Source: the human T2T-CHM13v2.0 reference genome, Homo sapiens | Reading direction: 5' to 3' (one strand) | DNA length: 64,000 nucleotides | NCBI RefSeq assembly: GCF_009914755.1 | Contig: NC_060933.1 | In this document: in pieces, positions 51,568-64,000 of the stretch | Layout: every line of letters starts with the position of its first letter | How positions within the stretch are numbered: position 1 is the first letter of the stretch | The notes under the pieces: generated by a model | The model's database searches: none | What the model was told of the DNA's origin: nothing | The model's input: only the letters and a program-made list of their open reading frames with translations | Translations under genes and position numbers: made by a program

Positions 51568-52108
51568 CAAAGGAGTTCAGAAAATGCCACCCCCAAATAT
51601 ACTGCTTTGGTATATTGATTGCCTTCAGCTGAAGGCACTTGAAAAATAAAAATGCAGTCTTTCTCTAAACTCCTCTTATCTGCCTAAAGACAGATCCTCC
51701 AGAAGAAACTCAGTTGTCATCAATCCCCATCTGGGGAGTTTCATCAACCAGAGAAGATTAAGTCTTATCACAGGAGAGGAGGCTAGAAGTGAGTTCCACA
51801 TCCAGATAAACTTTGCTACCAGCTCTCATCTGTTCTTCCAAGGGCCTATCCATCTTTCCCCCAAAACCGTTTACTCTCCCCTAAATTGCCAATATCCCCC
51901 CTCCCCTCTCCCATATGAAGAGGGTATACAAGCTCCTAAATCTCACTGGCTTTTCAGATAGCTACTTTTTTGTTTTTCCTGTGATGCCTCTGTGCATATA
52001 CTAAATTTATATGCCTTTTCTCCTGTTAATCTGCCTGTTGTCAGTTGATTTCATGGATAAACTGACATGAACCTCAGTGGGTAGAGGAAAAGTCTTCTCT
52101 TCCCTACA
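51568..52108 (+). mobile_element. MER34-like ERV1 solo LTR
   Basis: ggagttcagaaaatgccacccccaaatatac...gggtagaggaaaagtcttctcttccctaca. Confidence 0.75.
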
Positions 52109-52117
52109 GGGACATAG

Positions 52118-52441
<324 letters not shown>

Positions 52442-52846
52442 TATAGTTTCTTTTTAAACAAGCCCAGTAATTCCATCACCTAATAATTTAAATCGGTACC
52501 ACTGTCATGCACATCTCACAAGATGGTCAGTAAAACCCCTTGTCAGCTCCTCTTTGATGACCCTAGAGGCCCCAAACAGATGTGGGGACAGGCTCCCAGC
52601 CATGAGCCCAGTGTTCCTTGATTAAGAATTGTCCAACCAGGAGGGTCCATCACTGTTGGACCCTTTATCTCCTGGTAGTTACTCCTAGGCTAAGATGGTA
52701 GGCAATTTTCTTTCTTCTGGTTTCTCCATTATGATGCAAACCCACCCAGGAATGTGGCTGGCACTTGTCTTTAGATTGCCCATAATACATGCACACAGGC
52801 CTGAAATTGTGCCTGCTTAATGTTTTAATAAAGAGTCTCAAGTTTC

Positions 52847-53143
52847 GGCTAGGCACGGTGGCTCACGCCTGTAATCCCAGCACTTTGGGAGGCCGAGGCG
52901 GGAGGATCACGAGTTCAGGAGATCGAGACCATCTTGGCTAACATGATGAAACCCCGTCTCCACTAAAAAAAATACAAAAAATTAGCCAGGCGTGGCAGCG
53001 GGCACCTGTAGTCCCAGCTACTCAGGAGGCTGAGGCAGGAGAATGGCGTGAACCCGGGAGGCAGAGCTTGCAGTGAGCCAAGATTGTGCCACTGCACTCC
53101 AGCCTGGGCGAAAGAGTGAGACTCTGTCTAAAAAAAAAAAAAA
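52847..53143 (+). mobile_element. AluY
   Basis: TSD aaagagtctcaagttt. Confidence 0.95.
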
Positions 53144-53720
53144 AGAGTCTCAAGTTTTTAGTTTCAGAAAATATAACTTTTCTGGGTCTTAAATCATTTC
53201 ACAGAGACTGACCATAATGGTCCATTTCTGGAGGTTAATTCAGTCTGGTTCTAATTTGAAATGAATCAGGGGAAGCTTCAGAATCCTTTCATTAAGCACA
53301 GTGAAGCAAAGCAAATAGGACCAAAGAAACAGTAAACAAATAGAAAATGAGAAATGGCTGCTTTGGCGCCGGATTGAACTCAAAGCAGCCCTGAGTTTTC
53401 ACAGTAACTTTAAATCTACTTGGTACCATAAAAATGCATCTGTGGTTTCCATGAACAATTCAATTGTGTCAAGGCTTTGGTCTCATTTGGAGGATTTGAG
53501 CCAAAACACTGTCACAACCTGTCATTGCTGGAATTTTACATTCAAGGCCCTTTCCTCTAGTATTTATTTTCCCCCTCTGGAATGTAAGTGGTATAGAAAC
53601 CTAGGTTATTTAATGAAATGTTTAGGTTATAAATAATTTAGATTAAAAAGTACATACATATACACACACACATAGTCTTAGGGGCCCTGCAGATTGTTAG
53701 GCCCCCACAACTTTCAGGAG

Positions 53721-54023
53721 TTTTTGTTTTGTTTTCTTTTGAGACAAGAGTCTCACGCTCTCACCCAGGCTGGGGGTACAGTGGTGCCATCTCCGCTCAC
53801 TGCAACCTCTTCCTCCCTGGTTCAAGCGATTCTTCCACTTCAGCCTCCAGAAGAGCTGAGGCATGCACCGTGACACCTGGCTAATTTTGTATTTTTGTAT
53901 TTTTAGTAGAGATGTGGTTGCACCATGTTGACCAGAAGGTTGGTCTCTAACTCCTCCTAACCTTAAGTGATCCACCTGCTTCCAAGAGTGCTGGGGTTAC
54001 AGGCATCAGCCACCATGCCCAGT
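53721..54023 (-). mobile_element. AluS (diverged, with indels)
   Basis: Dimer with (TTTTG)n tail. Confidence 0.9.
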
Positions 54024-54052
54024 CTTCCCACAACGTTTAAAAGAGAACCCAG

Positions 54053-54234
54053 AGGCCATGTTTGGTAGCTCATGCCTGTAATCCCAGCCCTTTGGGAGGC
54101 TGAGGCGGGAGGATCCCTTGAGCCCAGGAGTTCAAGGCTGCAGTGAGCTATTGTACCACTGGACTCCAGCCTGGGAGACACAGCAAGAAGCTGTCTCTAA
54201 AAATATACATATACTTAAAAAAAAAAAAAAAAAA
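54053..54234 (+). mobile_element. Alu monomer (FAM/FRAM-like)
   Basis: Left-arm start running directly into the right-arm gctgcagtgagc segment. Confidence 0.8.
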
Positions 54235-54366
54235 CTGTCTGGACAAACAACCCCCGTGTAACTCCACCCAACTGTTGCCATGAAGGAATGTGGGCTCGAT
54301 GTTTCCAAATCTACTGACTTTACATGCTTAATCCCCAAATTTTTATGTGAAATATTCCTTTTTTTA

Positions 54367-54740
<374 letters not shown>

Positions 54741-55030
54741 AAAACACTGTACCGACCCATGTGGAAACGGCCAAGCAGAACTCAGACGCAGGGAGCATAT
54801 AGAGCTGTGACCTTGGGGCACACAAAGTTATGGCCTCATTCCACCATGGAGCAGATACAGCCCTCAGGCACGAACTGGGACAGACATGAAAATCTATAAA
54901 ATGTGTCCTGCCCTCCAGTATCTTCCTATCCTGGAGGGTAAATGATGCATACAACTAATGTTTTCACGCAAAGTAAAAAACAATAATAAATAAATATATA
55001 ATCATCACAATAATAAATAAGCAGGTGGCA

Positions 55031-55730
55031 TGTAATTATCAGGGCACTGTAGAGAAACAGAAGCAGCAGCAGATAAGAAAAGTTTTATTTATTTTAAGGA
55101 ATTGGCTCATGCAATTGTGGAGGCTGCTGTGTTTGTAATTTACAGGGCAGGCCGGCAGGCTGGAAACTCAGGGAGGGGTTGACACCGCAGTCCTGAGGCA
55201 GAATTTCTTCTTTTCCTAGAAACTCCAGTTTTTGCTCTTAGGACTTTCAACAGACTAGATGAGGCTCACTCATGTCATCCAGGAAAATCTCCTTTACTTA
55301 AAGTCAACTTATTAGGCCGGGCACGGTGGCTCATGCCTGTAATCCCAGCTCTTTGGAAGGCCGAGGCGGGTGGATCACGAGGTCAAGAGATCGAGACCAT
55401 CCTGGCTAACACGGTGAAACCCCGTCTCCACTAAAAATACAAAAAATTCTCTGGGTGTGGTGGCGGGCGCCTGTAGTCCCAGCTACTCGGGAGGCTGAGG
55501 CAGGAGAATGGCGTGAGCCCGGGAGGCAGAGCAATGCAGCGAGCCGAGATTGTGCCACTGTACTCCAGCCTGGGTGACAGAGTGAGACTCCGACTCAAAA
55601 AAAAAAAAAATCAACTTATTGTAGGTGTTCACCTCATCTACAAGCTACCTTCATGGCAACACCTAGATAAGTGTTTGAGTAACTGGATACTGTGGCCCAG
55701 CAAAGCCGACACATAAAAATAACTACTCCA
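55031..55730 (-). mobile_element. MLT2 (ERVL) solo LTR with an AluY (55315-55610, +) inserted
   Basis: gagaaacagaa..ttaaggaattggctcatgcaattgtggaggctg..gacacataaaaataact; Alu TSD tcaacttatt. Confidence 0.8.
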
Positions 55731-55926
55731 CGGGAACAGTGCTGTCAGAGAGGTGCAAAAAACCACTGCAGGAGTTCAGGAGAATGAAAAGTCAAGGAAA
55801 CTTAGATGGTTGAAAACAATCCCCATGATAAAAGAGCAAAGAAATAAAGCCTTCTCAATAGAGAAGACCAAAAAGAAATAATACTGATTAACAGTAGCCA
55901 AGCACATGTACGCTGTCATATAGTCT

Positions 55927-56247
<321 letters not shown>

Positions 56248-57967
56248 TAATCATCTCAACTACCCTAATGGGGCAGGAACTATCATTCTCCCCACTTTAT
56301 AGATAAAGACAACTGACCCCAGTGTTTCCAATGTCACACAACTGTGATAGAAATGGAACTCAAATTCAGGCAGTGTGAAATCTCCAGATGGCCCTACTCA
56401 TACTTCCCTAATGAACGCATACATGACCTCATTAATTCTAATAAAGGCCCCATGAGATAGGTATCATTATCCCCTCTTACTCATTTGTAAGGTGACAGCA
56501 CTGGGATTTGAACCTGGCTTATCTGACTCTAAACTTATGCTCTGTCCACCCCAGCATGTGGCATGCCTCCGGCCTTGCTCCAAACATACCAAGGAGAATG
56601 TGTCAAGGGGTCTAGTTTATGTTCAGATGCAACCTCCGAGTGGAATGCAGCTTAATTTCAAGCAGTAAAAAATGTTGGTAGAATAGTAGAAGTAACTTCT
56701 TGGTTGTCCATCAGGGAAATGCACACATCAACTGGAGAAAGAAACGTTTATCCTTGGAGAACTTGACTGCTTTGAACATTAGCCTCCCCAAAGACCAAGA
56801 TAAGGTTATAATCATTGAATGGGAATGTGTATTGAGACTGTGAATTTTGGTTATTGATTGGCAAGAATAAAAACACAGCACTTTCCACCCACACAGAAAA
56901 CAACACCAAAGTTGGCTTCTCTTAAATGAAAATATTTCCTTGGCTTTCTCTTAGCTACATATTTTTAGCAAAAATTAAATATACACTGCAAATCATGTCT
57001 TCTTTTCTTGGGTAGGGAATAGACTCATTTCAATCTAACTTCAAAGGAGCAACCAGAAGACTTTTCTTTCCCCGACCACTTTGAAATACTCCTACACTAT
57101 TTTATCCTTTTCTCTCAGTGAGTTATTTTTTTCCTCTCAGAACGTAGAGTATGTGAGAAATCTGTACTGTTCTATTTTTGCTGAGGAATGAATTCTGAGC
57201 TCACTTTGAGCTCATAAAATTGTCATCTATTCACTTGTTATCTCTTCTCTAGACCTTCCTGCTAGAGTCAATGCCAGGTCTATCTCCCTTCTATGATCAT
57301 GATGATAACAGGAAATATAGCATAATCATTTAGCAATTGTTTAAAATTAAATGATGCCCTTTCATTGTCATTATTTTTATCTTAATTATATCTCCACAAT
57401 ATATAACAGTAATCATCCAGTTCCTCATAATTTTATATGATGGGCATGATATTGCAAATCAGATCATAAAAATAAAATCTATATTCATTGTATGCCAGGC
57501 TCCAGGCTATACAGACATTTAAAACTCACAAAAACCCTATGAGGTAGATACTAATATCCTCATTTTTCTAAGGAGGAAACTGAGGTATAGGTAATTTCAG
57601 TAATTTGCTCATGTTTATACAGGAAGGGAGCCGAAATGTAAAATGAAGCATCCTGCCCGCAAAGACAGTTTGTGGCCATAACAGTGTGTACAACTCCCAC
57701 TAAATAATTGTGAGGTTTCATTTTCTTGTTTTTCTCTTTCTTCTTGGAAGTTCAAAACTACATTTTATGGAGGCAGAACAAATAAACACAAATATTCCAT
57801 AGGGAAACACTGTGGATAAATAGGCCTTGTCTGTCATTCAGGATAGGTGCCAGTCAAAAGGTGAGCTATGAATCTACTCCCTAGAATAAGCTACAGAGTG
57901 GAAGGTGAAAGTTCAGGAGGCTCTTCACCAAAACTACCTGACTTTAAAACCCTAATAAGATTTCCCA

Positions 57968-58393
<426 letters not shown>

Positions 58394-58815
58394 ATGATAT
58401 TCCTCTGATGTAGCAAACTATGAGAAATCATAGACATAGGGCTTGACATCCAACCCAACCTCCCACTGTGCCAAAGTGACCCAGATTCATAAAGATTTTG
58501 GTAGAACTAGAACCCACTATCTAGTTAACGTACTGTCCTCTCAAACAAGTGAGTGTAGACAAAAGTGCATGGCTTTAAAAGTCAATTCAACAGCTCAAGT
58601 TAAACACAGAGACAAGAATATCAATGTGATAGATGTTCACTCTCTGTGTAGCATTAAAAGCAGGTTTCGGCAGTATCCCAGCAGCCCCAAATCTCCGTTA
58701 ACTGGAATTTCCATAAAAGATGCTCATAATTCTTCAAGATTTCATGGTGCCTTCTGGATCATTACAGAAAAGATAAAATGACAGTTGGTGCAGTTTTTTT
58801 CAAAAAATTATTTTA

Positions 58816-59194
<379 letters not shown>

Positions 59195-59609
59195 TTACCT
59201 TGCCTGTCCTGAACTCAGAGTATGTTTATTAACCAGAGCAGCCAGGCTAAGCAGAAACAGTTTAAAGTTGACAGAGAGGGTCTCCTTATCTGTCCAGAAA
59301 AGTCAGTGGATTCTAAGTATATTTGGAAAAAAATTGTTGCAAAGCAACAAAAGAGAAAAAATAGCTATAATACAGCATCAAGATCTGTTAGGCCTAGAAA
59401 ATATTGTCATTTCTGCTTTTCATGCAGGGGGAAAGCTTCCTTCAGCTTGTACATAAAACCTCAGTACGCTTATCTTCTTCTACATATTTAAAGTAATAGA
59501 ACTCGGTCTAATTTCAAGAATTACTTGAAAAGTGGGTGGCCAACCAGGTGGGCAATCCAGGTAGGAATCCAGGTGGCTCTGAAGATGTGAACACAGGTAA
59601 GCAGAGGTT

Positions 59610-60026
59610 GTCATTTCAGAAGATCTGGAGGTCAAGGTCTGGGGGAGACTGGTGTGCAAGAGGTTAATTAGTGAGTGCCCTTGGGATTAATACTTGAGGA
59701 AGGGAAGGACAGGAGATAGGATTGGCAGAGGGCAAAGTGGAGCAGCCATGATGAAGGCTACAGACAACCCCTCCAGGAGCTTTAGAGCTGCGATAACCCA
59801 TTCAGAGTTGTGTCAAATTCAGGAGACCACCTCCAGTGGATGCAGCCTGCTCCAGCTAGGGGACCTGGCCTTGGGCCAGAAGGCTCTCTTCAGCTGGGGC
59901 AAGTCCCACAGTGGGCTGACAGCTAAGGGTGTTGTCCCAAGAGCACTTCCCACAGCTAGCTGAGGAAGTGAAGCCTGCAATCCCTGAAGGGGACCTGGGT
60001 TAGGGGCCACACCACAGCACCATCCC
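59610..60026 (-). mobile_element. ERVL LTR (LTR16-like)
   Basis: gtgcaagaggttaattagtgagtgcccttggga...ggctctcttcagctggggcaagtcc...gaaggggacctgg. Confidence 0.6.
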
Positions 60027-60259
60027 AGGAAAATAAACATCTCCCTCTCCTGGGAGCAGGGCTTTGAAAAACTAGGCAAGAGTATCAGAGCTGCCATCCC
60101 AAGATAGGGCTCAGGGCAAGACCCCCATTTCAGGGGCAATGGGGAGAACAGGGCCTGGAAGATGAATCTTTGCTTCACAACAGAATGCAAATAAGACTGA
60201 AGGCGAGGCTGTCAAAGGGCCAGCCCACACAGAGCAGGAGCCAACCTGGGGGCTTTGGG

Positions 60260-60502
60260 TGCTAGAGGGGTCGCGTGTGGCCCGTGCTCTGCTGCACCCT
60301 CTCCTAGGTCAGTTTGATAACCAGGAAGCTCAGGGAAGCCCCTGGAAGCCCAGCAGGACCGCCCGGGTCACAGACTCACAGTTCAGGGAGTGCAGCCCAG
60401 CCTGGTGCTGGAGTGGGGGTGTGAGAGAGGAGGTGAAGGGGGAGTATCCTAGTTTTACCAGCTTTAAGGAGATGGAGAAGACAGGAGACGGCAGGAGTAA
60501 AG
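60260..60502 (+). other. Candidate exon ending at consensus donor AAG|GTAAGT
   Basis: GC-richer unique segment with several CpGs; perfect 5' splice site at 60502/60503; 5' boundary unknown. Confidence 0.35.
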
Positions 60503-60628
60503 GTAAGTAATTAGCTGCAGTTTGCAAATGCGGGATACCTTACATTTTACAAAAGCCTTTGCATAGATATGATTCTATTTTGTTAGTTCTGCCCCTAGAA
60601 TGTTTATATATAAAAATGTTATCTGTAG

Positions 60629-61257
<629 letters not shown>

Positions 61258-62192
61258 GAGATTCTTACAGCATAGCTGATATCAGAGTGCATCTCTCTCT
61301 CTCCCCTCTCCCCCAGGACTCTGGAGCCATGAGTAACACCAGGCAGGAGAGCACCCAGGAGTGTGTGGTTTCTGTGGTGGCTGGGCCACTGCAAGTTTCC
61401 TTGGCCACGTGACCATTCTTAGCCCAGGAAGACGACTCCAGTAGTACTTTCTTCACTTCCCCTTTCACTTCTCTTGTTCACCAATGTTAAGGGACCACCA
61501 GTTTTTAGAGATTCACCCACATTGTGAAGGTGGTGAGGTCATGTTGCCACTTTGACAATGACATGGCATTTAATTTTTAACCAAACCAAATACAGCATTC
61601 TGTCACTCGGGACAACCTTTGGAGACAGCTCCAAGGAAGTCTCCCCTCATGTTCTGCCTGCCGGATTAAACAGGAGTCTTGTTGAAGAAAACATGAAACA
61701 GGGAAAGTTAAGACCTCAGCAGTCATAACTGTTAATAAAACATGAGACTGCAAGAGGTGATGTTAGAAAAGAAACTTAATGTCCGCCTAGGTAATCATAT
61801 CTTCTTATCGTGGGACCAAAGCATAAATGTAACTCATATATGTTTGTCCATTAAAATTAAGTGGTGGATCACATCCCCATCCCTGTAAATACTGGTTTGG
61901 ACACCTCCAGGGGAAGGCAGGACAATGGGAAATTATATACATAAAGGCAAAGGGACCAATTGAAAACTTCCATTGCTAGATCCTCACATGACCTCTTTGA
62001 GGTCACATCCTATTTATAATAGGCAAAGCATAACCCTTCAGTGCCAATTAACAAATGCTTTATTAGGGTATTTGCGTGTTTATAACCATTGAATAATGTC
62101 CTTGCAAAGCGGCATCTTGCTGTCTATTTTCAGGTACTTAATTAATGGCCTTGCTCCAGGATAAACACATCCTGTGTTAAATAAGACGATGA

Positions 62193-62527
<335 letters not shown>

Positions 62528-62916
62528 TCATCCTCTATTTTTGGCCTTCATGTGTGGTAATGGTTTCAGAGATGTATGCTTATCCCCAAACTTATTGAGA
62601 TGTACATATTACCCATGTACAGCTTTTTATGTCAACCAGACCTCAATAAAGTGGTTTTTAAAAAACTGTTTCTTGCATGTCATTGCATTAGACATTGCCC
62701 TTCAACACAAAATTGTAAACAATTATTTTAAACAAAACTATCATAGCAGCCATTGAGAGGATGTTAATTCTGCCATTTCTCCTACAACTCATTCAGCCAC
62801 ACTTGGAAGATTTTAAGAGGATACACATACCATAAATTAAATACAAGATGTTATGTTCTATCACACACATCAATATGTACTCTCTTTCAAGAATTCCAAG
62901 AGCACTCTCTATATCA

Positions 62917-63260
<344 letters not shown>

Positions 63261-63730
63261 AGCTTTCTTGTAATTTATTTGTTTTCAGAGTACAACTAAA
63301 TTATATTTAGCACATTTTGCAATTCCTTTTAAAAGTGATTGTCCTCGGTCAAAAGCATGTATTGAGTTTTCCCCAATCATGTGAATCATTTTAATTCAGG
63401 TATTTTGGTTGCTTCTGTTTCTAGGTTACCATTTGTACAGAACTCACAGTTCTCTATAGCTAGAAGATTGAAAGGCCTGGGTTTACCTGATGACAGATTT
63501 TAACAATATTTGGTTGCCTCTGCCTTGTTATCAGAATATTGAGAAATCCACCTGGCTAATCCTATTTAATATTACAGAACACTCCAAAGGCAGGACGTGA
63601 TATGTTAAACATTTGCAATGCTGCTTAGAAGTCTGCCTTGCTGCGATCATATTTTTAAATGGTTTATTTCACTGTCAAAATACAATGCATTTAGTCATCA
63701 TTAAATACATTTTTCTCTGCTTCTCGGCAG

Positions 63731-63842
63731 GTGCACAGCTTATTGGTCATGGGGAAAATTTGTCACGGTGCATAACTTAAAGGTGCCATAAAGTTTGCAC
63801 CTTCAGGAACACCTATGCATTGGTGCTCTTAAACAGCTTGCA
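63731..63842 (+). other. Candidate internal exon (112 nt)
   Basis: Acceptor tttttctctgcttctcggcag|G and donor GCA|GTGAGT; no long ORF. Confidence 0.4.
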
Positions 63843-63943
63843 GTGAGTTTTAGAAGCCAATGGATCTAATTTAGCACTACTGTGATCCTCTCTGAAAATA
63901 GAACTGTTATGTTTTCAATTAGCATATCTTTAATCAAAAGCTA

Positions 63944-64000
63944 GAGAAGGAAGGGAGGGAGGGAGAAAGGAAGGGAGGGAGGGGAGGGGAAGGGGGAAGG
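63944..64000. repeat. Polypurine (GGAA/GGGA)n tract, truncated by the window end
   Basis: Pure G/A sequence. Confidence 0.9.

Noticed and set aside
53356-53390. Perfect 10-bp hairpin ggctgctttg...caaagcagcc resembling small-RNA termini
   Set aside because: About one or two such stems are expected by chance in 64 kb; no terminator or family match seen

Overview
Human (primate) non-coding genomic DNA, dense in repeats. A near-perfect AluYb8 at 20567-20884 indicates a human origin. I find no intact protein-coding gene: almost every listed ORF comes from Alu, LTR or simple-repeat sequence. The window holds about 54 Alu elements or fragments (roughly a fifth of the sequence), many ERV1/ERVL/MaLR LTRs, two deleted or non-coding proviruses (ERVL/MLT2 at 21414-25705 with integrase, RNase H and dUTPase remnants; MST at 35402-38199), Tigger/hAT DNA transposon fossils, and L1/L2/MIR fragments. 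The only host-gene-derived sequence is a processed NDUFA4 (COXFA4) pseudogene at about 5010-5883, which appears to preserve the ancestral mammalian protein sequence. Splice signals at 60.5-63.8 kb suggest a possible plus-strand spliced transcript, either a lncRNA or a 5' UTR. I do not see a convincing novel biological system. The best leads are the retrocopy, the candidate transcript, deep transposon nesting and several small template-switch or gene-conversion scars. Repeat subfamily names and reference comparisons are from memory of consensus sequences and need RepeatMasker/Dfam/BLAST confirmation.
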